The notes below the pieces were generated by a model. That model saw only the letters and a program-made list of their open reading frames with translations, had not been told where the DNA came from and ran no database searches. A program made the position numbers and the translations under genes. A DNA stretch of 64,000 bases from Meyerozyma guilliermondii (taxonomy: Eukaryota): positions 372,001-436,000 of the forward strand of contig CP128820.1 of NCBI GenBank assembly GCA_051546255.1. Reading direction: 5' to 3'. The stretch's first letter is position 1. Each line of letters opens with the position of its first letter. Below, piece by piece: positions 41,501-51,759 of this stretch.

Positions 41501-44500
41501 GAAATTGTCGGTGCTCACGCCGAGGCGTTTGAAGACGAGGCTATTCCGAGAGGTCAAATTTTGGCGGTTTTGATCTCGTTGTTGAAGCTTCCTTCTCGAG
41601 CAAAACTTGCAAAGGAAACTCTTATGGCGCTCTCTCAGTATATTAGTGTGAATGCCCTGATGAACGACTACGAGCTTCTTTTTGGTGGGTTACTTACAAA
41701 CGAATTATTTGCAAGAAGTGCCATTTTGGAAGCTCTCGATGCCGAGTTTGACTTGTCCACCGATATGAGTTACCGCAACGAAATTTGGATAGCAGCGCAT
41801 TCCAGCGACATACAAACTGCTGAACTTGCTGCTACGATATGGAGTGACAATCTGTTTCAAGTTCCACAAGATGGACCCAAGCAACTCATCAATTTTTTCC
41901 GCCAAACCGACTCAGAATTGCGTCTAGCCGTCGCCAAGGCCTGGGCCGATGCCGTGAGAAATATTGGTGAAACTGTTTCTGAGAGCATTGAGTTGCTCGT
42001 GAACGAATACCACGACAAAAAGAACCCTCCTCCGCCCACGTTGGACCGGTTTGGTTTGGTGATCAAGAGCTCTAGCGACCAGAAAGATAGATGGGAACAG
42101 CGTTCTACCGTGGCCTTGGCAGTGAAGCATCTTGCTGACCAGCTCACCAACCCAGCTGATTTGGAGAGAGTGTTCAAGTTTTTGGTGGAGGAAGAAGCTC
42201 TAGGAGACAAAGAGCCCTTGGTTCGCCAGGAGCTCCAGGATGCTGGAATCGACATTATCGCTGCTCATGGACAAGCCAGTGTGGAGAAATTGATTCCTAT
42301 TTTTGAAAGTTGTCTTGCGGCTAAGGACCAGGGTACGAAAGCACAGGACAGAATCAAGCAAAGTGTCATTATTTTGTACGGAGCTCTTGCCAGACACTTG
42401 GAAACCACCGACCACCGTCTTCAAGAAATCGTTGACAGACTTATAGCCACTCTCGATACACCATCGGAGGATGTCCAGCATGCTATTTCCGAGTGTATTG
42501 CTCCTTTGGTGCCCACGTTTCCTCATAAGCTCAACGAGTACTTTTCCAGGTTGTTTGACAAGCTTTTCAACGAAAAGAATATTGCAAAACGTCACGGTGC
42601 AGCCTATGGAATTGCAGGGTTGGTCAAAGGTTGTGGGATTAAATCGCTTGGTGAGTTTGGAGTGATGAGAGAACTTGAAGATGCCGCCGAAGATAAGAAA
42701 AACCCAGTGAGAAGAGAAGGTGTATCTTTTGCTTTTGAGTGTCTTTCGCTTGCTCTTGGCAAGTATTTTGAGCCTTATGTTATCGAAGCATTGCCGTTGA
42801 TTCTCAAGTCTTTGGGAGACCAGAGCCCAGAAGTGAGAGAAGCCACCGACTTGGCAGCTCGGCAGATCATGAAGAACACCACCAGTTTCGGAGTGAAAAA
42901 GTTGATTCCGGTTGTTATATCCAACTTGGACGATATTGCCTGGAGGACGAAAAAAGGGTCAGTGGAATTGCTTGGTTCCATGGCATATTTGGACCCTACT
43001 CAATTATCGGCTTCTTTGTCCACTATCGTCCCAGAAATCGTTGGTGTTTTGAACGATACCCACAAGGAAGTCCGGAAAGCTGCCGACCAGGCTCTTAAGC
43101 GGTTTGGAGAAGTTATCCGAAACCCAGAAATTCAAGCCATTGTTCCAGAGTTAATTCAAGCCATTGGCGATCCGACAAAGTATACCGATGCTGCGTTGGA
43201 CAAGTTGATTCAAACTCAATTTGTGCACTATATCGATGGACCTTCTTTGGCACTTATCATCCATGTAATTCACCGAGGTATGAGAGACCGGTCAGCGGCC
43301 ACCAAGAAAAAGGCGTGTCAAATTGTTGGAAATATGGCCATTTTGGTCGACACAAAGGACCTTCAACCCTACTTGGGTTCTTTGGTGGAAGAGTTGGAAG
43401 TTGCTATGGTGGATCCAGTCCCTGCTACTCGTTCGACAGCTGCTCGTGCTTTAGGTTCATTGGTGGAAAAGTTGGGAGAAGGAAGATTCCCAGACTTGAT
43501 CCCAAGACTTTTGGACACTTTACAAGACCCCAGTCGAAGCGGAGACAGACTTGGTTCTGCGCAAGCTCTCTCGGAAGTTATATGTGGTTTGGGTATCGAC
43601 AAGCTTGAGGAATTGCTCCCCACCATCTTGGTCAATGCTGCTTCACCAAAGAGCCATATTCGTGCTGGTTACATGCCACTTTTGCTCTTCTTGCCTGTTT
43701 GTTTCGGATCGCAATTCTCACCTTATTTGAGCAGAATTATTCCTCCTATTTTGACTGGCTTGGCGGACACCGACGAAGATATTCGTGATACCGCTCTTCG
43801 TGCCGGTAGACTCATCGTCAAAAATTATGCGAAAAAAGCAGTGGACCTTCTTCTCCCCGAATTGGAGCTTGGTCTCTCCGACTCAAACTACCGAATCAGA
43901 CTCTCGTCGCTCGAGCTTACTGGAGACTTATTGTTCCAAGTTACCGGTATTTCAGGTAAAAACGAGCTTGTGGAGGACCAGTCGGAGTTTTCTGGAGAAG
44001 TCCGAAACTCTCTTATCGAGGTTTTAGGAGAAGATCGTCGCAACAAGGTTCTTGCGTTATTGTTTGTGTGCCGTTCCGATGTCAGTGGAACCGTGAGAAA
44101 TGCTGCTGCTGATATTTGGAAGGCTATAGTAGCCAATACTCCTCGTACCGTCAAGGAAATTCTTCCTACTTTGACACAAATCATCGTCAGAAAGTTGGCT
44201 TCCGAAGACGAATTCCAGCGAGAAATCGCTGCCCTGACTCTTGGCGAGATGGTGAGAAGAGTAGGTGCCAATGCACTTGCCCAGCTCTTGCCTACTCTCC
44301 AGGAATCTTTGTACTCGAGCGACCAAGATGCCAAGCAAGGTATTTGTATTGCATTGACGGAACTTATCAAATCTTCTCAGTACGAAGCTCTTGTCGAGTA
44401 CCAGGATGTGTTTGTTTCTGTGGTGAGAGATACCCTCGTGGATGGAGCACCACAGGTTCGGGAAGCAGCAGCGTATGCGTTTGAAGCTCTTCAGAACCAG

Positions 44501-46522
44501 CTTGGAAAAGTGGTGATCAATGAAGTGTTACCCTATCTTCTCACCATGCTTGATTCTGGCGACGATTCAGAAAATGCTCTCCTAGCCTTACAAGATATAA
44601 TGGCTACTCAGGCCGATGTGGTGTTTCCCATCTTGCTTCCTAAGCTTTTGGCTCCTCCAGTGGATACTAGAGCACTTGCTTCTTTGGCTGCGGTTGCTGG
44701 CCATGCCGTTTACCAGCGTCTTCCTTCAATCATCAACACTTTGGTGGACGAAATGAAAGATAAACCAGACATTAACGTTAGTGAATCACCATTGACTCAA
44801 ATCTTGATTTCGGTGACTTCTGACGACGGAGCAAGACCGCTCATTACCCACATTTTGTCGCTTGTCAAGCACCAAGACCCAGCGAAAAGAGCTGTCATAT
44901 ACTCGCATCTCCAGCCGTTCTTCGACAATACCACTCTTGACTACTCGATGTACACGGCAGACATGGTTTCTCAGTTCATTTTGTCGTTGGGCGACTCTTC
45001 GCAACAAGTGGTCTCCGGCGCTTTTGCAGCTTTGAATGCGCTCATTAAGCACCAGCCCAAGGAAGGTCTTGACCGTCTTGTCAAACCTGCTAGACAATCA
45101 TTGGAACTTGCTGGAGTTCGTGGAACTGACTTGCCAGGATTCAAGTTGCCCAAGGGCCCCAACGCTATTCTCCCCATTTTTCTTCATGGTTTAATGTACG
45201 GAAATGGAGAACAAAAGGAGCTTGCTGCTGGAGGAATTGCTGAGGTTATCGACAAGACTCCAGCCGACAATCTTCGTCAATTTGCAACTGCCATGACAGG
45301 ACCTTTGATTCGTGTGGTTGGTGAGAAAGTGTCACCTGATATCAAGGCAGCTATTCTCCAAGCGTTGACACTTTTGCTCACCAAGATTCCTCAGTTTTTG
45401 CGGCCGTTTATTCCTCAACTTCAACGTACTTTTGTGCGGTCTTTGTCTGACAAAAATGACAATTTGCGTTCCAAAGCCGTGGTGGCTCTTGCAACTTTGA
45501 TAGGCTTCCAGCCTCGGGTAGACTCGCTAGTTACCGAGCTCGTAACTGGGGCTAAGAACGCTGAAGATGCTGGAATCAAGGCAGCTATGTTGAAGGGTCT
45601 TTTGGCTGCTGTGACGAAAGCTGGTCAAAATATGAACGAAGCTTCAAAAGCTACCATCATGACTCTTGTAGAAGATGAAGTTCAAAGTGTTAGCGAAAAG
45701 GCTGTGGTATCGTATGCTCGTCTTCTTGGAGCATTGGCGAAAATCATGTCCAGTGAAGAAGCAACTTCAATGCTTCGAACCAAGATTTTGGACAATGCCA
45801 TGGTTGATGAAAAATTCGCAATTCTTGCACTCAATTCTTTCCTCAAATACTCACCCCATCACATCTACGCCGAAGCAGTGTTGGCAAATATCTGTGAATT
45901 CATCATTCGCTGCTCCAACTCAACGGTAGACTACATCAGCGACAACGCTACAGTTGCTATTGGAAAGATATTGTTGTTGCACAGAGAGAAAAAGTCTCCA
46001 TCTTCTGAAGAATATTCTGATAAATTTTTGCTCCCAGCAGACCTTATCGTTTTGTTCGTTAACCAGCTCGCTGTGCTTGCTGCAAGTCCTCCTTCTAGCT
46101 CACCAGATACCCGTCGTCTTGCGTTGGTGGTGATCAGAACCGTTTCTCGGTTCCAATACGACGACCTTATCAAGCCATATCTCGACACAATTGTTCCAGC
46201 TGTGTTTGTGTGTGTTCGTGATCCCATTATTCCCATCAAGTTGGCAGCGGAAAAGGCTTTCTTGGCGGTTTTGAAGTTGGTCGACGACGAACAAATGGAC
46301 TTGTTCAAGCTGTGGTTTTCCGAGTCCAAAACCTACCAAGCTGCAAACGGAACCCAGGTGCAACCTAGGTCCATTTCCGACTATACCAGAAGAGTGGGAG
46401 CCAGACTTGCAGCCGTGGAGAGAGAGAGAGTGGCTGCTGGTGGTGACGAAGAGACGGTTTATTCTGACCGGATCGAGGACGAGACAGAGGTGTGGGCTGT
46501 TGGAGGAGTTGACATGAGTTGA
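38522..46522 (+). CDS. GCN1: eIF2-alpha kinase activator Gcn1 (HEAT repeats)
   Basis: WRTKKGSVELLGSMAYLDPTQLS, GPLIRVVGE, FIPQLQRTF. First ATGs at 38522 and 38531. Confidence 0.96.
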   Translation: MSTMTVLPWDADILLKITDSLTSVRIQALQLIKDAISNLESQNFHDEIMALLPVLLGTYDFYSDTNSRNAVLDTIDAVARLGSQFMDKIVVFLDKITSSSKVLAVTDYLTLLAWTHRVLTISCELETYSNLEKIIEIQAKLLVLCTADCKSHRLQHRNRVFKSVVSSGKSAVSTAVSTSKSWQNVIQAYLNIIKSSSPDCSLTLAGVVSEAADSLVPLIPAVADFLHKNSSLVLECYTTALLAKIPPSSTSTAIFGSFITKHIDEDSVQNKIAPAMEKAILRSSENSFNVFLPSFFHALSKKIDLSQTVLNTKLFTNIVSGLKSTKESVRSGAVRALKLALLLIKVPEAKVKVTDEIIKTYKATSSVEIKATIISILEYLVPGQASNHVVEGLHGLLAKDQNEVSLSAGVRVFFLHLIKGDVPLSSTYETLVLKGLQEKKPNLRKVWIVELCNILANNGGNSTCDSLISSNSSVLIDTVQEAQNSPMPSVSNRVLIGAYAVLSMGLIVQIPQSVIIGSISGVNEKPAILTDLKVLTKLVSEDIAWGIKALREVDCLSSVSEEFQTKYGDAWTFFATSSEPSHRLEALNSLKLLVSTPLVSELIIRSIYKALSDPESPIPILRFSPLLSVLVTIDNEELRSKNAAALLIAAHDERVRTKGAWIGLCQRSQIDIGKLVENHGHQMVENALSFEHYDKKTIFKAIATLCFINPKVIAPLVTTSLVNLMNPENIDFDDLQIKIWKSTSEEPVVDVLSNKKKVVDKNDKNYETNKWEEELRQELAKKGKVNKKLTREEQNMVTEQLVKEASIRKDVNKKFTSIRSGLILIEQLILSTVHGKEGSESFVDTGASSWYPAAIKSILDLLGSEIFKKSDVWEFLGANAVNVFLELSRLLSPRLGSLKPFVGVATLRIRSIAVPENLKDEPLLDLTGRILYRMKILSDQSPLDPLSLMYALPLLTETLENGIKVARKNASKPVVTSEFIQEDPEEEHLLLAVEIVGAHAEAFEDEAIPRGQILAVLISLLKLPSRAKLAKETLMALSQYISVNALMNDYELLFGGLLTNELFARSAILEALDAEFDLSTDMSYRNEIWIAAHSSDIQTAELAATIWSDNLFQVPQDGPKQLINFFRQTDSELRLAVAKAWADAVRNIGETVSESIELLVNEYHDKKNPPPPTLDRFGLVIKSSSDQKDRWEQRSTVALAVKHLADQLTNPADLERVFKFLVEEEALGDKEPLVRQELQDAGIDIIAAHGQASVEKLIPIFESCLAAKDQGTKAQDRIKQSVIILYGALARHLETTDHRLQEIVDRLIATLDTPSEDVQHAISECIAPLVPTFPHKLNEYFSRLFDKLFNEKNIAKRHGAAYGIAGLVKGCGIKSLGEFGVMRELEDAAEDKKNPVRREGVSFAFECLSLALGKYFEPYVIEALPLILKSLGDQSPEVREATDLAARQIMKNTTSFGVKKLIPVVISNLDDIAWRTKKGSVELLGSMAYLDPTQLSASLSTIVPEIVGVLNDTHKEVRKAADQALKRFGEVIRNPEIQAIVPELIQAIGDPTKYTDAALDKLIQTQFVHYIDGPSLALIIHVIHRGMRDRSAATKKKACQIVGNMAILVDTKDLQPYLGSLVEELEVAMVDPVPATRSTAARALGSLVEKLGEGRFPDLIPRLLDTLQDPSRSGDRLGSAQALSEVICGLGIDKLEELLPTILVNAASPKSHIRAGYMPLLLFLPVCFGSQFSPYLSRIIPPILTGLADTDEDIRDTALRAGRLIVKNYAKKAVDLLLPELELGLSDSNYRIRLSSLELTGDLLFQVTGISGKNELVEDQSEFSGEVRNSLIEVLGEDRRNKVLALLFVCRSDVSGTVRNAAADIWKAIVANTPRTVKEILPTLTQIIVRKLASEDEFQREIAALTLGEMVRRVGANALAQLLPTLQESLYSSDQDAKQGICIALTELIKSSQYEALVEYQDVFVSVVRDTLVDGAPQVREAAAYAFEALQNQLGKVVINEVLPYLLTMLDSGDDSENALLALQDIMATQADVVFPILLPKLLAPPVDTRALASLAAVAGHAVYQRLPSIINTLVDEMKDKPDINVSESPLTQILISVTSDDGARPLITHILSLVKHQDPAKRAVIYSHLQPFFDNTTLDYSMYTADMVSQFILSLGDSSQQVVSGAFAALNALIKHQPKEGLDRLVKPARQSLELAGVRGTDLPGFKLPKGPNAILPIFLHGLMYGNGEQKELAAGGIAEVIDKTPADNLRQFATAMTGPLIRVVGEKVSPDIKAAILQALTLLLTKIPQFLRPFIPQLQRTFVRSLSDKNDNLRSKAVVALATLIGFQPRVDSLVTELVTGAKNAEDAGIKAAMLKGLLAAVTKAGQNMNEASKATIMTLVEDEVQSVSEKAVVSYARLLGALAKIMSSEEATSMLRTKILDNAMVDEKFAILALNSFLKYSPHHIYAEAVLANICEFIIRCSNSTVDYISDNATVAIGKILLLHREKKSPSSEEYSDKFLLPADLIVLFVNQLAVLAASPPSSSPDTRRLALVVIRTVSRFQYDDLIKPYLDTIVPAVFVCVRDPIIPIKLAAEKAFLAVLKLVDDEQMDLFKLWFSESKTYQAANGTQVQPRSISDYTRRVGARLAAVERERVAAGGDEETVYSDRIEDETEVWAVGGVDMS

Positions 46523-46761
46523 AAAAACTATTAGACAAGAAATTAGAAGATTGGTGATTTAGACTAACTGGACGTAATAGTCTAGTTTAGTAAAATAGCA
46601 CAGTTAATTCAATTAAAGAGCCGATGCTGAAGAAATTTATATGAGTAGTTTGACATAACCGCCATTAACCAGGAGCAGACTGCTAAAAGCTTCCAGATAA
46701 GACTTGATCTATCTTAGGAGATTAACAAAAAATTAATGTAAAACCAACGTCTATTTAACGT

Positions 46762-47216
46762 AAAGTAAATTGACTAAATGTAGGTTGAACTAAAAGTCGA
46801 TTGTACTAAAGTTGATTGAACTAATTGAATCTAGAGTAAATGGACTAGAAGTAGGTTGAACTGAAAGTAAGTTTAACATGAAGTAGCTACAAGTGGATTG
46901 AACTAATTGAACGTAAATCAACTAAAAGCAAATTGAACTAATTGAACAAAGCAAGTTAACCAAGTTGATCTAAAAGTAAATTATAAAGTAAATTCAAGAG
47001 TAGATTGGAAATAGAGAGGATTGAAATAAGTAAATGTAACTGAATGCAGATGGAACATAAAGCATATTAACCAAATTGAACGAAAAGTTGATTGAACTGA
47101 AGTAGATTGGCAAGTGAATTCAACATAAAGTAGACTGAACTGAAAGTGATTACAAAGTAAGTTAAACTAAAAGAAAATTGAGCACCAAGTAAATTTAACA
47201 TAAAGTAGATTGAACT
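46762..47216. repeat. Degenerate ~15-17-bp tandem repeat, consensus ~AAAGTAGATTGAACT
   Basis: Roughly 20 or more diverged units (AAGT.RATTGAAC variants) between the convergent GCN1 and MIG1/2 genes. Confidence 0.8.
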
Positions 47217-47297
47217 TCTACTATCTTCACTTGAACGAGCTAACAAGTATATCCCATTTCATATCCGCATCTATATTACACTATCATACACTGCTAA

Positions 47298-48593
47298 TTA
47301 CAAGCCCCTATATCGTTTGTTCTCCAATGGCGCCTTAAAGTTATTAGGGAGGTCCAACTTGAGACTTCGCAACGGCGGAAGGTGGGTATCCTCCTGTCCA
47401 CCAGGAGAATGTTTTGGGGTTTCGAGATCGGTGGTAGGCGGTGTGTTCTGACGACCGATTGACGATGCCACATTGCTGGTTGATTTGCTGAGCGAAGACA
47501 TCAAAAGTCCCAGCAAATTGGTACTACTATTATTTGCAGAAATAGCAGGAGATGTTTGGAGCGACAACCCCATAACCGGCGAATTGGGAAGGGTAAAGTT
47601 GTTCCGTGACAGCGGAGAGTTTGGTCGCGACCGCTTAAGTTTTTGCTTGACATAGTCAAGATCCAGTTCTTCCAAAATGTGCAGTCTTGTAGGTTGAGGA
47701 TGGACAATATCTAGTGGAGTCATTCTCTGCAACCCCAGGAGCCCTGAAAACTTGGCAGAGGGAAGAGTGGTGTAGCTTTTGGATTGTGGAGGAGAACCTA
47801 GAGCCACATTCAGTAGATATTGAAGATTATTGGCGGAATGAGTCGACGCCTTGGGTTTCTGCAATGGACGAGAAAAGTAGTCGGTGAGTGTGGGTAAGGA
47901 ATGCGAGTTCGACTCGAGGTTCTTGAGTTCTTCCGATGCGGCGCTGGCGAGAATGTCAATGTTCAGCGTGAGTTTTTTCCCGTCGTCCAGTGGAGGCAGC
48001 GTTGACCGCAAGTGGATATCTTCGTCGCTGGAGTGGTGAGAGTCGACGGAGGTGGATGCAGAGTGCTCGATGGAACCGCCAAAGGAGCCAGAATTTGTTA
48101 AACCAGAACCTGTACCGGAACCTGTCAGGCCGGAAGAACCTGAACCCTCGATAGGCACCGGTCCAACGGATGGAACCGTAACACCGGGACGAAGTGAGGA
48201 CGAGTCGGCATCTTTGGAGCTGTTCATGGAGGAGACGCCGTTGACGATAAAGTCGTTGGTGGAAGGCGGCGATAATCCCGCCGAAAACGATGAAAATGTA
48301 TTGTGTTTAGCTGAACTTTCGTCTTCTTCTTCGTCGTCTTTAGCCTTCAAGTTCTTATTCCGCCTCAGATTCGGGTTCGAATGTATCCTGGAATGACGGG
48401 TGAGTTCGTCTGAACGACTAAACTTCTTGAAGCATCCTGGAAATGAGCAACTGTGGGGTTTTTCCCCAGTATGAGTTCTGATGTGACGAGTCTGATGTTC
48501 AAGTCGATGGAAAGCTTTGTCGCACATAGGACACTTGTAGGGCCTGCTGGTTGGGTCCTTCTTGAACTTTAAGGTCTCTGTTTTGGCCGACAT
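47298..48593 (-). CDS. MIG1: Mig1/Mig2/CreA-family C2H2 glucose repressor; could be the MIG2 paralog
   Basis: [31 protein letters not shown]...[17 protein letters not shown] and C-terminal LPPLRSL. ATG at 48593. Confidence 0.88.
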   Translation of the reverse strand: MSAKTETLKFKKDPTSRPYKCPMCDKAFHRLEHQTRHIRTHTGEKPHSCSFPGCFKKFSRSDELTRHSRIHSNPNLRRNKNLKAKDDEEEDESSAKHNTFSSFSAGLSPPSTNDFIVNGVSSMNSSKDADSSSLRPGVTVPSVGPVPIEGSGSSGLTGSGTGSGLTNSGSFGGSIEHSASTSVDSHHSSDEDIHLRSTLPPLDDGKKLTLNIDILASAASEELKNLESNSHSLPTLTDYFSRPLQKPKASTHSANNLQYLLNVALGSPPQSKSYTTLPSAKFSGLLGLQRMTPLDIVHPQPTRLHILEELDLDYVKQKLKRSRPNSPLSRNNFTLPNSPVMGLSLQTSPAISANNSSTNLLGLLMSSLSKSTSNVASSIGRQNTPPTTDLETPKHSPGGQEDTHLPPLRSLKLDLPNNFKAPLENKRYRGL

Positions 48594-48794
48594 TGTATAA
48601 ATCTTCAAAAAAAATGACGATAAAAAAATCACAGTTTCCCCGTAAAATGGTTGATGGGCCGAAATCGGGTTAGCTTGTGCCAAAAAAAAATGATTTCTGC
48701 ACCGAAACAGACGTGTTGCCTATAGATAATTCCCCGTTTGTTTCCGCACAAGCGTTTGCGCCACCAAATTCTACCCTTGTTTATCAAGTTTTAG

Positions 48795-48958
48795 CCCCGG
48801 AAATTGTATGGGATTTTTCTTAGAGGGGAAGAAGACCTCCTGCAGACAGCCCGCGCCAGCCCCACTACCCATCGTTGTGGCGTGCATATAATGCAGTAGT
48901 TTCAGGTATACAGTGGGGCAATCCTGCAGACAGAATATGTTCCCCCAGATATGTGGGG
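48795..48958. promoter_or_regulatory. Five SYGGGG Mig1-type sites upstream of MIG1/2
   Basis: CCCCGG 48795, CCCCAC 48860, GTGGGG 48913, and back-to-back CCCCAG-ATAT-GTGGGG 48943-48958. Confidence 0.65.
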
Positions 48959-49089
48959 ATAACCTGTTAGATTTAGGGGTCTGGAAAAATTCCGAGTGCA
49001 TAAGGAGGGGATTCTCGGCCTATGACATCCGAACTGGTGTTCTGGTGCATTTTTGTTTCTCCGCAGCTGCGGTTGGGTGTTGCGTTGGT

Positions 49090-49449
49090 GGTTGCAATTC
49101 AACTGTGGAGAAGCAGAAAAAGAAATGCGAAAGGCGGAGGCGAAGAAAACGGGTGTCCGGGTGTAAAATTAGCCAAGACAAGCAACAAAAGACAACGAAA
49201 AAAGACAACAAAAAAATGTAAATAAACGAAAATAAAAAGGGGTAATTAAGCCAAGAGACAGCTTAAGGCCGAGCCGTGGCTTAACCGACATCTTTCAGAG
49301 GCATCTCACTCGCTTATTATTCTACACCCGTACACCCCTTTTGCAGCCATAGCTAAATTCTTCATATTGAGGTCGACTTTCCCCATTCTATACTCGCTTG
49401 CGGCCTGTTTGTATTTATGAGCTAAATCCGCGGTTGCTGTCTCTCCGCG
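49090..49449 (+). repeat. Left copy of a diverged direct repeat: decayed duplicate of the RIM4 promoter and first codons
   Basis: Colinear blocks shared with 58010-58375; the copied start reads ATG AGC TAA at 49417. Confidence 0.8.
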
Positions 49450-50087
49450 CACAGTTTCATTTCACTTTCGCGGGAAGATTTCATTTTCGCACCGATCAAC
49501 TAATCAATCTAGTGAGTCATGATCGGTACCATTTTTGAACGGTTTCGTTAGATAAAGAGACCACGCATCTTCAGGCTTCAGCTTAGCAAGGGAAATTGAA
49601 TTTACGCAAGATTATAAATTGGTTTTGCACCCGTCGTAAGATGATTGGGTTTTGATTATAATTAAATTTCGGCGAATTAACTTTCGTTGGCTTTTTTATA
49701 TAGCCATAAGGATACTTCGCTGTTGTTTGAATTGCTCACTTCAAATTGCTCCAGTGCATTTGTCTCATCTAACCTCCATTCGCCACCTGGAGTCAGATCG
49801 ATCAGTCTCGTACTTTAAAAGTTGATCAAGAATACCAATAGACTGAGAGCTTGCTCTCATACCAAACAAAGAAACCACCCAGAGAAATGAAGACAAGAAT
49901 TTGGATCTCTTTTCGAGACTTCAACATTTAGATCAACTGATGTCTCACTAGTAAACTGGTCCCAGTAGCAACATTACAGCTTGAATTCGAGCCAGCAATT
50001 GTCTTTACTAAGGAGAATGAGGGAAGCAGTTCTGCGGATGTCACTGTGAGCTTAATCCACGAAAAGCCTGAAACTTGAAGATATTCC

Positions 50088-50861
50088 CTAAATGTGTGTG
50101 CGAAGTTCCTTCGAGTCCAAAACCGCTGACTGTTCGATCTTCTCGTAGATAAAGCCTGGGTGGACTACTAACAAAATAAGACATACCAAAAGCATCGTGG
50201 TACTGTCAAAAACGTATGCAAAAGCAGCATGGCGAAAAATGTATCCATTCCATCCTTGGGCATACTCGACCAATCTAAAGATGTTCCCGATGAAAAATAG
50301 GACTATGATCACATACAAGGGTGTGATATAACTCTTCCACGTATGAAAACCTTGTGGAAAACTAACGCTGGCTCTTTTTAGCCTTCTTTGAGAAACAAAT
50401 GTCAAGGTAACGAAACAACAGAAAGAAACAATCTGTAACGCAAACCCTCCTATAATCATCCCTGTTCCAACCCCACTGTTATCAAGGACCAACTGAAGTA
50501 CAATTCCAGCAATTTGCGAACCGAATGAAACAATGTCACCAACAACAAATAAAAAAGATTGAAAGCCATGGCTCACTATGAATGGACTAGGTGATTGTAA
50601 TCGCTTCATAAGACCACCAAAAGAGATATACACGGAAGCAGCGAAGAATATAGGAGCAATTATTACTTGAGCTGTTTGAACTCCATGACCACCACCAGAA
50701 CTAAAGTAACCAGTAATCTCCAAAATGAGTCCAATTATCAGCCAAAGCATCATCCACGTCCTTTTGCAAATCATGAAGCCTACATGGCAAAATGCTAGTG
50801 TAATGAAGCATACTCCAAAAAATAAAGAACCACCTCTCGAACTAACAATTTGGTCCGACAT
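50088..50861 (-). CDS. RTA1-like lipid-translocating exporter family membrane protein
   Basis: LEITGY, IIAPIFFAASVY, FVVGDIVSF..Q, IFRLVEYAQGWNGYI...AYVFD. Confidence 0.88.
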   Translation of the reverse strand: MSDQIVSSRGGSLFFGVCFITLAFCHVGFMICKRTWMMLWLIIGLILEITGYFSSGGGHGVQTAQVIIAPIFFAASVYISFGGLMKRLQSPSPFIVSHGFQSFLFVVGDIVSFGSQIAGIVLQLVLDNSGVGTGMIIGGFALQIVSFCCFVTLTFVSQRRLKRASVSFPQGFHTWKSYITPLYVIIVLFFIGNIFRLVEYAQGWNGYIFRHAAFAYVFDSTTMLLVCLILLVVHPGFIYEKIEQSAVLDSKELRTHI

Positions 50862-51759
50862 CTACTAATATTCAAATCTAGAGGTGCATAAAGTAATTAT
50901 ACAACTCGTGAGGCGAAGTTATTTGAGGCTGCAAGTTATTTTTAGTCGTTTGCGGTTTGATGCACTCCTACGTAAGATTGACGAAAAAGTGTTCTATTTT
51001 TCCGAAATCGTTTTACGTCAACGGGTATTGTTCCGATCTTGAAACTGAAACCATAGCCGTTCGATTCGAAAAAATGAGCTAAGCCTCAAAGTTGAGATTT
51101 GGTATGCTTATGCTAACACCTAAATTCGCTCATTCGGTAGGATACTGCACTGAGGTCCAGTAAGATGTCAACTCAATCGTATAGATTGCACAAATCACAA
51201 TGAATTTTTCGTTAGGTTGATTTTCTTCAGCCTTGCTAATTAATGAAAGTGAATTCTGCTCGACTTGACCACCTTCTCGACTTTGCGAAGAATTGATGCA
51301 GATCTCCGCTATCTTCGCCCGAAAGAAAAATTTATTCTTGAGTGTTGATGGGATTTCTGTAATGGTGATCGACGAACCGTCATGATTTGAGCCATAAAAC
51401 CTCACCAATTTTGCTTGGTTTGGTAAAGCAGTTTTCAATTAGAATCTAGAGACCAGGGGTTGAACCTGATCGGGAAATTATTGGTATCTAAAACTCACGG
51501 AAGAGACTTCACGACCCTCCCAAGAGTGTTCATCTCCAAGAATTGCTTGGTAATGACAACGCCAGCATACATGTGAATGCAATCAAAACAGGGTTCCTTT
51601 TTGTTGGTAAAGTTTTTCAATTGAGGTCTGTTTCTTCGAACTGAACCATTGAGCAATTATCATTTGGTAAAAAGCAATTTATTCGGGTTTTTGTTTCTGA
51701 ATCCCAATATTTGCTTCTTTAATTTCACTTGGTGAGGGTCGGGTCTCATTATAGCCATC

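Noticed and set aside
46762..47216. CRISPR-like array
   Set aside because: Eukaryotic context, degenerate units, no unique spacers and no cas genes.
49431..49447. Formal Gal4 site CGG-N11-CCG upstream of MIG1/2
   Set aside because: It falls in the decayed copy of the RIM4 coding start, has an atypical spacer, and single matches are expected by chance.
51055..51072. GTTCGATTC tRNA B-box-like word
   Set aside because: No cloverleaf or A-box; I recognised no tRNA or rRNA gene in the window.
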